Positions 41,946 to 51,623 of a stretch of 64,000 bases of DNA are shown here, piece after piece; within the stretch, counting starts at the first letter, position 1, and every line of letters starts with the position of its first letter. The position numbers and the translations under genes are program-made. Where the stretch lies: contig CAVUZH010000003.1 of the NCBI GenBank assembly GCA_963745835.1, positions 1,056,001-1,120,000 on the forward strand. The letters run 5' to 3'. Source of the DNA: an uncultured delta proteobacterium (GTDB lineage Bacteria > Desulfobacterota > Binatia > UBA9968). The notes beneath the pieces were generated by a model that worked only from the letters and a program-made list of their open reading frames with translations, was not told the origin of the DNA and ran no database searches.

Positions 41946-41965
41946 GCCCGAAACAAGGCCGCGTC

Positions 41966-42514
41966 TCAAAGGCGCCAATCAGGATCGGTCGTCTTAGGGC
42001 TGTTCTCAGGTTCCGGTTCGACATTGGCAACTGCTGGCGCTGGTTCTTTGCCGGCGCCCATGAGAAGCAAGCAAAACTCTTCAGCGGCTTCGTAATTAAC
42101 GGGCGTTCCACCGATGCTGCCGGTGCCACCAAGGATTTGAATTTCATTTTTCTTGTGAAACCAAAACAGTGCAATTAGGGCTAGGCCGGCAACCAGCAGG
42201 CCGTATTGAAACAAGGACAAGGTCGATGGCGAAACAGCAAACAGCCGGGTGTTGAAGGCGATCCCTTCCGGCTGGTTCATCTGGTTGACAATAATCAGAG
42301 CCAGCGAAGCGAGAAATAAAATCAAGCCGAAAACCAGCACCCCCCTGCTTCTTTGCCAGCTTAAACGAACTGTCGTGATTGCCCGCCGCGGGATGATCGC
42401 TCGATTTTCGCCGAACATACCGTAATCCTGATGTTGAAAAACGTGGCCGGTCGTTAGCACTAACTGGCTCTTGTCGCTTAATCGCAACCAGCCGAGTTCC
42501 CTCTCGTCGTTCAT
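41966..42514 (-). CDS. Hypothetical two-TM membrane protein
   Basis: 182-aa ORF with two hydrophobic segments filling an intergenic gap. Confidence 0.7.
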   Translation of the reverse strand: MNDERELGWLRLSDKSQLVLTTGHVFQHQDYGMFGENRAIIPRRAITTVRLSWQRSRGVLVFGLILFLASLALIIVNQMNQPEGIAFNTRLFAVSPSTLSLFQYGLLVAGLALIALFWFHKKNEIQILGGTGSIGGTPVNYEAAEEFCLLLMGAGKEPAPAVANVEPEPENSPKTTDPDWRL

Positions 42515-42624
42515 CGGTTTCTCCGTCAGGCGGATAGAATGCCGTCCAGTTCGATCTCAGCCTCTTGGCATAGTTATCTGGCTAGCCTTGTCTGTGACGC
42601 AACAAAACCGGCTAATCGGCCGCT

Positions 42625-43677
42625 TCAATTTGCCGCTAATGGATACATTCTTTTGGGATTCTGCGTCATGATCTTTTGCTTGGTTTCCATCGCGAGGTCC
42701 TCACGAGCGACAAATTTGCTGATATTTTCCCTGAATTCCGAGCGCGGTTCGTGAGGAAAGTCAGTCGCGCAGAAAAGGATATCGTCGCGGAGAAGCTCGA
42801 CGATTCTCGGAATGCCGAGTTCCTCGAGTTCGCAATGGATAAATATGCGGCCGCTCTTTAGATGTTCCGAGGGAGTAATCTTAAGCTCGGGAACCTGCGC
42901 GCTACGGTGTTCGTATTCCAGGTCCATGCGTTCCATCAGATATGGCACCCAACCGCAACCAGCCTCAGCGAACGCCACCTTTAGCTTGGGAAATTTGTCA
43001 AAAATGCCGCCATAGATCATCCCCGTCATTTGAATCATCTGGCCGAAGCCGTGACTCAAGGTGCGAACCTCGATCAAACGGTCGAAGGCGTCCACGCCAA
43101 TGCCTTGCGTCGGAGCGGCATGAACAGCCAGGAGCGCGCCCAACTCTTGGGCCGCCTCATAGACCGGAAAGTATCTCTCGTCACCGAAGGGCTGCCTCAT
43201 TCCGACTGCCGGGAGAATCGCGCCTACCATGTTGAGTTCCTTGACCGCTCGCCGTAGCTCTTTGACCGCCTCCGGTATGGATTGCAGCGGAATCAGAGCC
43301 ATGCCGCGAAGCCGCTTTTCCTGCTTTAAGAATACTTCGGAAAGATAATTGTTATAGCCTTGGGCGATCGCACAAGCCCAGTCCTTGTCCCGGATCAATC
43401 CAAAAGTAAGCCCGGCGGTGGGATACAGCACCGACCATTCGATCTCATCTTCATCTAGAAAATCCTTCCATTCCTTGAGCGATCCCTGCGCCACATAGCG
43501 GCCTTTGCCATCGACGACGCGCAAAGCCTGACGGTGAAATCCATCCAAGGTCGGGAAGAACGGGAACGACAAGAGATCCTCCCTGCCCTTGTAAGGCGGC
43601 GGCAAAAAATCTAACAAAGCCCGATCATTTTCCACCACATGTCCGTCAGCATCGATAAATCCTTTAACCTTAGTCAT
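42625..43677 (-). CDS. Amidohydrolase_2 family protein
   Basis: IDADGH, LYPT, AVH, EAGCGW, ATDFPH. Confidence 0.92.
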   Translation of the reverse strand: MTKVKGFIDADGHVVENDRALLDFLPPPYKGREDLLSFPFFPTLDGFHRQALRVVDGKGRYVAQGSLKEWKDFLDEDEIEWSVLYPTAGLTFGLIRDKDWACAIAQGYNNYLSEVFLKQEKRLRGMALIPLQSIPEAVKELRRAVKELNMVGAILPAVGMRQPFGDERYFPVYEAAQELGALLAVHAAPTQGIGVDAFDRLIEVRTLSHGFGQMIQMTGMIYGGIFDKFPKLKVAFAEAGCGWVPYLMERMDLEYEHRSAQVPELKITPSEHLKSGRIFIHCELEELGIPRIVELLRDDILFCATDFPHEPRSEFRENISKFVAREDLAMETKQKIMTQNPKRMYPLAAN

Positions 43678-43897
43678 TGAAATGCCTCACTCTCCCGTGG
43701 TTTGTCGCTGGCAAAATTTGCGCAAGTACTATTAGCGGTGTTCTCTCAAGCGTATTAGTTATCAAGAAAAGCTGAGGCTCTGCAATGCATAAAGAGAATT
43801 GCGGCAACTGCCAGACCAAGTTGAGATGTCAACTCCAGGTATTTTTGAGAGCGGGGACAACCTCGCCTAGCTACCTGGAAATTGACGTCGGCCTATC

Positions 43898-45469
43898 TCA
43901 CCGATCATTTAAGATCATTTTGTGCGACAAAAACTCGCTGACCACATCTTTCGCCTGCCGCTGATCGCCATCGACAGCATAGTTGAGCTCACGCATCTCC
44001 TCGACGTTCAGAATTCCGCCCAGCTGTTTTAGGACTTCTCTTATCTCAGGATGATTCTCCAAAGCCTTCTGCCGCACGACCGGTACCGCATCATAAGGAG
44101 GAAAGTAGTGCAGATCGTCCTCGAGTTGCACCAGGCCGTATCGGCTGATCAGGCCGTCGGTCGAATTCCCGGCAATCAGATCCACTTGCCTCTCCGATAG
44201 AGCGCGATAGGTCAAGGACAGGTCCATTTCACGAATTTCCTTGAATTGAAAACCATAGGTCCGCGCAAAGCCTGGATAACCGTCAGGCCGTGACATGAAA
44301 TCCTGACCGAATCCGGCGCGCCATTGTGTTGACATCCGTGCCGCGTCAGTAATCGTCTTGAGATTATGGCGTCGTGCTTCATCGCCTCGAACCAGGATCG
44401 CAAAGGTATTGTTGAAGCCAAGCGGTTCGGTCCATTCGATGCCGAACTGTTCGACGTAAGACGATTTGACCTGGCGATACACCTCTGCCGGATCCTTAAT
44501 CGCCGGATTTTTTAAGATCGCCAGCAGAGCAGTACCGGTGTATTCGACATAAACATCAATCTCGCCGGCGATCATCGCCTGATGAGCCAGATTTCCGCCC
44601 AGATCGAATCGGCGCTCTACTTGGAGGCCGGTTTTGGCTTCAATCGCCTGCGCCAGCAATTCACCCATAATGATCTGTTCGGTAAAGTCTTTTGAGCCAA
44701 CAGCGATGCGGCTGGCACTGTAACCTCGCAGAAAACTGACAGTGCCAACCGCTATCAGGATGAGGGCTGTCACCAGTGCCGGCCACAAAAGCTTGCGAAT
44801 TTTGTGACTTGCCGCGCCGCGAAAACGGATTGCGCGCTCCAAAAATCCAAGAAACAAATCGGCAACCAGGGCAATCAAAGCAGCCGGAACTGCTCCCGCC
44901 AGAATCAACACGTTGTCATTCGCTCTTAAGCCGCGGAAAATGTATCGTCCCAATCCGCCGGCATCGATGGCGGCTGCGATGGTTGCCGTGCCGACGCAGA
45001 TAACGGTGGCGACGCGCACGCCGGCGATAATGACGCCGAGCGCTAGTGGCAGTTCAACTTGAAGGAGCAGCTGCCGATCAGTCATCCCCATGCCGCGGCC
45101 GGCCTCCCGAATAGCCGGATCGACGCCGCTGATTCCGGTAAAAGTATTTCTAATGATCGGCAGCAGCGAGTATAAAACCAGCGCGGCAATGGCGGTGCGG
45201 GCGCCGATACCGCCGACTATACGCACATCAAAAAGAATCAGGTTGACCGGTATCAGAAAGCCAAAAAGCGCCAAGCTCGGAACGGTTTGCATGATGTTGG
45301 CAAAGCCCAAGACGGGCTTGCTCAACGCCGGTTTACGCGTAAGGAGAATGCCGAGTGGCACACCGATCAGGAGCGCAATACCGATTGAAACGCCGACTAG
45401 AAACAGATGCTCAAAGATCAGTGCAGCCAGTTCAGCCCGGTGCTCGGCGAAAAAACGCAGCAGGCTCAT
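43898..45469 (-). CDS. Fused permease/substrate-binding subunit of a quaternary-amine ABC importer (OpuBD/EgtU-like)
   Basis: QTVPSLAL, EAGRGMGM, GGLG; SBP motifs GSKDFTEQ, EYTGT, LGFNNT, FPPY; ATGA overlap with the ATPase. Confidence 0.9.
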   Translation of the reverse strand: MSLLRFFAEHRAELAALIFEHLFLVGVSIGIALLIGVPLGILLTRKPALSKPVLGFANIMQTVPSLALFGFLIPVNLILFDVRIVGGIGARTAIAALVLYSLLPIIRNTFTGISGVDPAIREAGRGMGMTDRQLLLQVELPLALGVIIAGVRVATVICVGTATIAAAIDAGGLGRYIFRGLRANDNVLILAGAVPAALIALVADLFLGFLERAIRFRGAASHKIRKLLWPALVTALILIAVGTVSFLRGYSASRIAVGSKDFTEQIIMGELLAQAIEAKTGLQVERRFDLGGNLAHQAMIAGEIDVYVEYTGTALLAILKNPAIKDPAEVYRQVKSSYVEQFGIEWTEPLGFNNTFAILVRGDEARRHNLKTITDAARMSTQWRAGFGQDFMSRPDGYPGFARTYGFQFKEIREMDLSLTYRALSERQVDLIAGNSTDGLISRYGLVQLEDDLHYFPPYDAVPVVRQKALENHPEIREVLKQLGGILNVEEMRELNYAVDGDQRQAKDVVSEFLSHKMILNDR

Positions 45470-46233
45470 GAACAGCTCTGCGCCTTTCCGGTATCGCGAA
45501 AACATTGAACAAAAGCCCGAGCCTCAGGATGATTCGAAGCAAGAAGCTCGGCAGGCGGTCCCAAAACGATCATCTCGCCATCCTTGAGTAAGCCGATGCG
45601 CGTTGCCAGGGCGAAAGCTTCGTCCACGTCATGAGTGACGAAAACCATGGTCTTGCCCAGCTGTTTTTGCAGTGAGCGAAACTCTTGTTGGATTTCGCGG
45701 CGCGTAATCGGGTCCAAAGCACCGAAGGGCTCATCTAGAAGGATCATCGGCGGATCTGCCGCCAACGCACGTGCCACCCCGACCCTTTGTCGCTGGCCAC
45801 CGGAAAGTTCCGCCGGATAACGGGCGGCGAATCTGTCAGGCTCCAAACCCACCATCGCTAACAGTTCCCGAGCACGGTTTCTAATTTTATCGGCCGGCCA
45901 ACTTTCAAGTCTGGGTACCAGCCCAATATTCTCTTCAATGGTTAGATGAGGAAATAAGCCAATCTCCTGAATAACGTACCCGATCCGTCGCCGTAAAATT
46001 ATGGGATCCCAAGCTTCTGTTGAGATTCCCTCGACCCTCACTTCGCCGGAAGTCGGCGCAAGTAGACGGTTAATCATCTTCATGGTGGTTGTTTTACCCG
46101 AGCCGCTACGGCCGAGAAGCACCACTGTTTCGCCCCGGTCTATCCTAAGGTTGAGATCAACGAGAAGTTTTTTCCCTTCCGCGATCTCAAAGCTTACGTT
46201 GTTGAATTCGATAGCTACTCGATTGTCGATCAT
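45466..46233 (-). CDS. ABC ATPase (OpuBA/EgtV-like)
   Basis: GRSGSGKT, GYVIQEIGLFPH, LSGGQ, DEPFGALDP. Confidence 0.93.
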   Translation of the reverse strand: MIDNRVAIEFNNVSFEIAEGKKLLVDLNLRIDRGETVVLLGRSGSGKTTTMKMINRLLAPTSGEVRVEGISTEAWDPIILRRRIGYVIQEIGLFPHLTIEENIGLVPRLESWPADKIRNRARELLAMVGLEPDRFAARYPAELSGGQRQRVGVARALAADPPMILLDEPFGALDPITRREIQQEFRSLQKQLGKTMVFVTHDVDEAFALATRIGLLKDGEMIVLGPPAELLASNHPEARAFVQCFRDTGKAQSCS

Positions 46234-46290
46234 CGATCCATTGTCCCCCCGGGTCGCATCCGATTACACTTTCTTATATTCTATTTCGAT

Positions 46291-47319
46291 ATGGAAACAG
46301 AGCCGCTGCCTTCGATCCTTGCGCCGCATCAGAAGGCGCGATGGAAAACCAATCAGGATGGTATCTGGACCTTGGACGGCTCCCGCGTAGATGAGGTCCC
46401 AGCCCGTTCGATTTTGACAACCTTGTGGGATCAGCCGCGCTGGTTGGAGGCCTACCACTTATACGATCAACGAGGCTCCGAGCTTTTCGAACAGATTTGT
46501 CAGCTGCCGGAGTATTATCTGACTCGTACAGAAAATAGCATTCTCGAAGCGCAAGCCGCCGCTATCATCGCCGCCGCGCCGGTAGAATGCATTGTCGAAC
46601 TAGGCGCAGGCTATAGCAAGAAGACGATTCATTTGCTTACCGAACAGCTGCGGCAGCGCGACAAAGGGATCTTCGCGCCCATCGATGTCAGCGAATCAGG
46701 ACTACTGGCCTCGCGAGAAGCGGTCGCCCGAGATTTTCCGCGATTAGAGTTTCACGGACTTCACGCTCGCTATGAGGACGGCTTTACCAGTATCGAGCAA
46801 GCCGTACCGACCCTGTTTGTGTTTCTCGGCAGCACTGTCGGCAACTTCAATCACTCTGACTTTCCACGTTTCTTTCGCGCGTTATCGGAAGCGATGGGAC
46901 CGAAGGATTATCTCCTGCTCGGCGCCGATCGTATTAAAGACACAACGCTTCTCGAGCAGGCTTACAACGATTCACAGGGACTGACCGCGCAGTTCATTCT
47001 GAACGTGTTTTGTCATATCAACGATCTGCTCGGGAGCAATTTTGACCTGGCAAAAATGCGCTATCACGCGCGCTTCAATTCGGAATGGCAGCAAATCGAA
47101 ATGTACGCCATAGCGGAGCAACGTCATCGAGTAAGCTTCCCTACAGTAGAAACATATTTCGAGTGGCAGAAAGACGAAAAAATTCTGGTGGAGATCAGCC
47201 GTAAGTTCGACCCGCAGCGGTTACAGGAACAGCTAAGGTTTTTCGATCTCCTACCGATCGAGCACTTCACCGATCGTAATCAATGGTTTTCCGTTCTGCT
47301 CTTCCGCAAGCAAGGCTGA
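46291..47319 (+). CDS. egtD: L-histidine N-alpha-trimethyltransferase (EgtD family)
   Basis: YDQRGSELFEQI..LPEYYLTRTE, VELGAG, FLGSTVGN, AYNDSQG, EISRKF. Confidence 0.88.
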   Translation: METEPLPSILAPHQKARWKTNQDGIWTLDGSRVDEVPARSILTTLWDQPRWLEAYHLYDQRGSELFEQICQLPEYYLTRTENSILEAQAAAIIAAAPVECIVELGAGYSKKTIHLLTEQLRQRDKGIFAPIDVSESGLLASREAVARDFPRLEFHGLHARYEDGFTSIEQAVPTLFVFLGSTVGNFNHSDFPRFFRALSEAMGPKDYLLLGADRIKDTTLLEQAYNDSQGLTAQFILNVFCHINDLLGSNFDLAKMRYHARFNSEWQQIEMYAIAEQRHRVSFPTVETYFEWQKDEKILVEISRKFDPQRLQEQLRFFDLLPIEHFTDRNQWFSVLLFRKQG

Positions 47320-47395
47320 ATCTTAGACAACTCCGAAGCTGCCCGGATCGTATCCCGCCGCCGCACATGCGTTAAGAGTGGGCACCCCTTCTCGG

Positions 47396-48040
47396 TCAAG
47401 GCATTCCCAATAACGATCCCAGTGGTGAAATACTCAGCAACAGAACACTGCCGAAGACGGCAATGCCGCCGCCTGAGATGCGATGGATCCACCACAAAAG
47501 ACGCAAATTAAATCTGTCGCGAAACACCGTTAGGCCGAGAAACAATGCCACCCACCACGATGCCGAACCTACAAAGACGCCGGCGGCGAATAGCGCCGCG
47601 CCGCCATACTGGCCAATCATGCTCTGGGAATTCCAGGCGGCATAAATCGCGGCAAAAGACAGTATGGTCACGGGATTTGACAAGGTCAGAAGAAGGGTTG
47701 CCACGTACGTTCGCAGAAGCCCATTGATTCTCTTTGTTCGCGGCGGCGATTGTCCGGGACGCGTGCAGCAGATTTCGTAACCGAGATAACAAAGAAAAAG
47801 CCCGCCGACGAGTCGGAAAGCAAACTGGTGATCAACTAAGAACTGCGATACCAGCGAGATGCTCAGGGCCGCGATGCCTCCGGCCAAAGCATCAGCCGTG
47901 GCGATACCCAGGCCGGAAAAAAGGCCATACCATGGGCCTAGAGACAGCGCTCGATTGATGCACAACAGTCCGAGTGGGCCAACCGGTACTGCCACGACAA
48001 ATCCCATCATGGCGCCTTTGATGAGAAGATGAATTGCCAT
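47396..48040 (-). CDS. LysE family translocator
   Basis: PVGPLGLLCI, GLGIATAD, LTLSNP, GSASWW. Confidence 0.9.
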   Translation of the reverse strand: MAIHLLIKGAMMGFVVAVPVGPLGLLCINRALSLGPWYGLFSGLGIATADALAGGIAALSISLVSQFLVDHQFAFRLVGGLFLCYLGYEICCTRPGQSPPRTKRINGLLRTYVATLLLTLSNPVTILSFAAIYAAWNSQSMIGQYGGAALFAAGVFVGSASWWVALFLGLTVFRDRFNLRLLWWIHRISGGGIAVFGSVLLLSISPLGSLLGMP

Positions 48041-48056
48041 TCCTGCCGTCGGAACT

Positions 48057-48878
48057 TTAACTTTTTGAGCGCGCGCAGCGAAAGCCGATATTGTGATGAC
48101 CCGAACGGAAATTCCGTGAGACATGAGCGCCTCGATGGGTCGTCGTCAACTCTTCGGCTGCCGAATCCTGACCGCCTCCTCTGGTGACGCGTACGAGGTC
48201 CCGCTGCAACTCTTCACGGCCGTCAGCGGCATTATAGGGATAAGGAAGATACGCGCTGCTCACCCATTCCCAACCGTTGCCCGCGAGATCGAGCACGCCA
48301 TAGGGGCTTGCTCCTTTCGGCAAGCTCCCCACAGGACGGAAGTCATTCCATCCTGCGCTGAAATGCGCCCGGGTGCGATCGGGCGGATCATTGCCCCAGG
48401 GAAATTTTCGCCCGTCTATGCCGCGCGCCGATTTCTCCCATTCCGCTTCAGTCGGCAATCGTTTACCTGACCAATCGCAGTACGCTGCCGCGCCGAACCA
48501 CGAGGCCTCGATTACCGGGTGGTTCTCAAAGCCGGGATCAGACTGCCATTTACCGGCGCGAAGGTGAATGCGCGCGTCGTTATCATCGCTATCGTACCAC
48601 CGTTCGGCAGCTGCACCTCGAACGCCTTTGGCCTCGAGGAACTTGGCAAACTGCGAATTCGTCACCGGTAAACGATCGATGAAAAATTCCGGCAAATCAA
48701 TCCGGTGCTGTGGCCGCTCGTCGGCGGGCCCGTCGTCTCTGCCCATTGAAAATGGCCCGGCAGGGATTCTTCTCATGTCAGCGCCATCGTTTGCATCGGC
48801 GCCGGTCGTTTGCGCGATACAGGCGGTCAATAATACGACCGAAAGTAAACCCCTCCGCCCAAGAAGAAAACGGCTCAT
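48057..48878 (-). CDS. Exported FGE-sulfatase (SUMF1/PvdO-like) domain protein
   Basis: FSMG, VTN, RLPTEAEWEK, DLAGNGWEW, GFRC; N-terminal RRGLL and LTAC lipobox-like signal. Confidence 0.88.
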   Translation of the reverse strand: MSRFLLGRRGLLSVVLLTACIAQTTGADANDGADMRRIPAGPFSMGRDDGPADERPQHRIDLPEFFIDRLPVTNSQFAKFLEAKGVRGAAAERWYDSDDNDARIHLRAGKWQSDPGFENHPVIEASWFGAAAYCDWSGKRLPTEAEWEKSARGIDGRKFPWGNDPPDRTRAHFSAGWNDFRPVGSLPKGASPYGVLDLAGNGWEWVSSAYLPYPYNAADGREELQRDLVRVTRGGGQDSAAEELTTTHRGAHVSRNFRSGHHNIGFRCARSKS

Positions 48879-48973
48879 GATCGCAACATACCGCTTTTGA
48901 AAATTCTAGGAAACACCACGAATAGGACGAGCTAAACTTGTCACAGGTTTAAGCCTGTGCGACAGTCCCAACA

Positions 48974-50119
48974 ATGCGCAACTCGCAATCGTTTCGCCGC
49001 CGCGGTGTTGTCGAAGGATTCTTCGGCCCGGTGTGGAGCATGGCCCATCGCCGCCGCCTATTCGAGTTCGGCGCCGCTCGGGGAATGAACACCTATCTCT
49101 ACGCGCCAAAGGACGATCCCTTCCATCGCGAACGCTGGATGGAACCTTATCCTGAGAAGGAATGGCAGGCGCTCTTGACTATCATTCGCGAAGCACGAAA
49201 GCGCCACATCGAGTTTGTTTATGGCTTTCATCCCGGCAAGGCACTTTTGTTTAGCGCCGAGCAACCGCTGCGCGTTCTGCTGTCGAAGGCGCAGCGTTTC
49301 TACGATGCGGGAGTCCGTACCTTCGCAGTGCTGTTCGACGATATCCCTTCTCGCCTGGAGCATGCCGCCGATCGCAAGCATTTCAACAACAGCTTGGCAC
49401 GAGCCGAAGGAAATTGGCTGGCAGAAATCATCGCTCGTCAGCCGCCTGCATGGTCCGACGTGGAGTGGTGGATCTGCCCTTCGTTTTATACCCCTGATCC
49501 ATTACTGGCGCGTGTGTTTGGCGCCTTTGAGCCGCATTTTTTGGAAAATCTAGCGAAGTACCTTCCGTCCAATGTCTCCTGCTGCTGGACCGGCCCTTCA
49601 GTGGTATCGACAAAGATAACCCTCGCGCACGTTAGAAAAATTGCCAAGCTCGTCGGTCGGCCGTTGATTCTCTGGGACAACTATCCGGTGAACGATCTTT
49701 CAATGAAGGACGAGCTTCACCTGGGTCCGTTGAAAAATCGTGACACGCATCTGCCGGAAATCGTTTACGGCTACCTCAACAATCCGTTAGTTCAAGAAGA
49801 ACTGAGCTTTATCCCTTTGGCCACCTGTTTTGATTATGCCTCAAACCCTCTGGCCTATAGAGCGGAAGAAAGTTGGAATGCGATCGTTACACGCTCTTTC
49901 GGTCAGCGCGAGAGCGCGCACTGGCGCGCCATTCGAGCCTTCTGCGAAAGAGTTCAGCGAACTAAACGATCAAAAGTTGCCTCGCGCATGCCGCGCAGAG
50001 AACTGGAAGCCTTGCAAGAGGCGTCAGAATATATAAGGGCACACCGTCAAGAAAGATGGGCCGTGGAAATCAAGCCATGGAAAGAACAGATCGAACGAGC
50101 GCTTAAAGCGCAGAAGTAG
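48974..50119 (+). CDS. GH84 O-GlcNAcase-like beta-N-acetylglucosaminidase (catalytic domain only, no signal peptide)
   Basis: GVVEGFFG..W, NTYLYAPKDDPFHR..W, catalytic VLFDDI, CP..Y, WTG, WDNYPVND, NP. Confidence 0.9.
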   Translation: MRNSQSFRRRGVVEGFFGPVWSMAHRRRLFEFGAARGMNTYLYAPKDDPFHRERWMEPYPEKEWQALLTIIREARKRHIEFVYGFHPGKALLFSAEQPLRVLLSKAQRFYDAGVRTFAVLFDDIPSRLEHAADRKHFNNSLARAEGNWLAEIIARQPPAWSDVEWWICPSFYTPDPLLARVFGAFEPHFLENLAKYLPSNVSCCWTGPSVVSTKITLAHVRKIAKLVGRPLILWDNYPVNDLSMKDELHLGPLKNRDTHLPEIVYGYLNNPLVQEELSFIPLATCFDYASNPLAYRAEESWNAIVTRSFGQRESAHWRAIRAFCERVQRTKRSKVASRMPRRELEALQEASEYIRAHRQERWAVEIKPWKEQIERALKAQK

Positions 50120-50183
50120 ATCGCTATAACTACAATTCGTCCGAATCTTGATCGCGCGCCGAGAGTAGCGTAAGTTTTTCAGA

Positions 50184-51614
50184 ATGATTGATCCCCATAT
50201 TACGGCGAGTTTGCGCGGCAGGCCACTTCCGGCAATGAATGGCGCTGAGCTGATTTCGCTGATGCGAGAGTATCGTTCCCGTACCCGAGAGTTGGTTGCA
50301 GATCTTGATGAGCGACAACTGATCGGGCCGCGTTTAGCAACGGTGAACCCGCCGTTATGGGAGATCGGCCACGTCGGGTGGTTTCAGGAGTTTTGGCTTT
50401 TGCGCCACCTGCGCCGGCAGAAGCCACTGCTTGAGAACGGTGATCAACTCTATAATTCCACGGATGTAGCTCATGATGTTCGCTGGGACCTTCTACTGCC
50501 TTCGCGCGATAATACCTGGCGCTATCTGGACGAAGTCTTGAACCGAGTCATCGAACCGATCGAAGGTAAGCATGATTTATCCGAGGAGGAGGTCTACTTT
50601 TACTCTCTGACCGCGTTTCATGAAGCCATGCACGCCGAAGCCTTGGCGTGCACAAGGCAAACCCACGGTTATCCCAAACCGAGCTTCCTGCCCGACCAGC
50701 GTATCGGCAAAAATCCATCTGATGATTTCCCAGGAGATGCAGATATTCCGGGCGGTGCATTCTTGATCGGTGCGGCGACTGACGGGCCGTTCGTTTTCGA
50801 CAACGAAAAATGGGCTCATGAGGTAGTTCTTCGGCCCTTCCGCATCTCGCGCGCGCCGGTGAGCAATAGAGAATTTCGAGAATTCGTCGAGGACGGCGGT
50901 TATGGCCAGCCAAACTGGTGGAGCGAAGAAGGCTGGCGCTGGCTGGAAACCGGCGGCGCGCCGCAGCTCGAGAATTCGTTCGCAAAATTCTTCAACAAGC
51001 CGATCAAGCAGTCGAGTCAAGCTATTGCCGGTAAAGAGAAACTTGATCATCCCATGTACTGGGACCGTGACCCTGATGGCCACTGGCAACAGCGGGTTTT
51101 TGATCGCTACGTTCCGCTGCATGACAATCTGCCGGTTGTGCATGTCAGTTGGTACGAAGCGGAAGCGTTTTGCGCTTGGGCCGGACGGCGTTTACCGAGC
51201 GAAGCAGAATGGGAAACTGCCGCATCGGCAGAACCAGCTTCCGACGGTTGCAGCTTGATCAACAAACGGCGTCGTTTTCCCTGGGGCGATACGCCACCAA
51301 CAAGTGCCCAGGCAAACCTTGACTGGCAGAACGGAATCGTTGAAATCAGCGCCCATGGAGCAGGCGACAGCGCGTTTGGTTGTCGTCAGATGATCGGCAA
51401 TGTCTGGGAGTGGACCGCTGACAACTTCATGCCGTATCCAGGATTTATCGCGGATCCTTATAAGGAATACTCGAAGCCGTGGTTCGGCACCCATAAGGTC
51501 CTGCGCGGCGGCTGCTGGGCGACCTCTTCGCGGCTCATTCGCAACACCTGGAGAAACTTCTACACGCCGGATCGTCGCGATGTTTTTTCCGGCTTTCGAA
51601 CATGCGCAAAGTGA
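50184..51614 (+). CDS. senA: Selenoneine synthase SenA (EgtB-like DinB plus FGE domains)
   Basis: NPPLWEIGHVGWFQEFW and FHEAMHAEA (SenA-type rather than EgtB HEQQHQE); FDNE, RLPSEAEWE, GNVWEW, WRNFY; 9 nt upstream of senB. Confidence 0.88.
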   Translation: MIDPHITASLRGRPLPAMNGAELISLMREYRSRTRELVADLDERQLIGPRLATVNPPLWEIGHVGWFQEFWLLRHLRRQKPLLENGDQLYNSTDVAHDVRWDLLLPSRDNTWRYLDEVLNRVIEPIEGKHDLSEEEVYFYSLTAFHEAMHAEALACTRQTHGYPKPSFLPDQRIGKNPSDDFPGDADIPGGAFLIGAATDGPFVFDNEKWAHEVVLRPFRISRAPVSNREFREFVEDGGYGQPNWWSEEGWRWLETGGAPQLENSFAKFFNKPIKQSSQAIAGKEKLDHPMYWDRDPDGHWQQRVFDRYVPLHDNLPVVHVSWYEAEAFCAWAGRRLPSEAEWETAASAEPASDGCSLINKRRRFPWGDTPPTSAQANLDWQNGIVEISAHGAGDSAFGCRQMIGNVWEWTADNFMPYPGFIADPYKEYSKPWFGTHKVLRGGCWATSSRLIRNTWRNFYTPDRRDVFSGFRTCAK

Positions 51615-51623
51615 TGCTCCAAC

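Noticed and set aside
50184-51614. Annotation as ordinary ergothioneine synthase EgtB
   Set aside because: The motifs are SenA-type and the gene is directly followed by a SenB-type glycosyltransferase.
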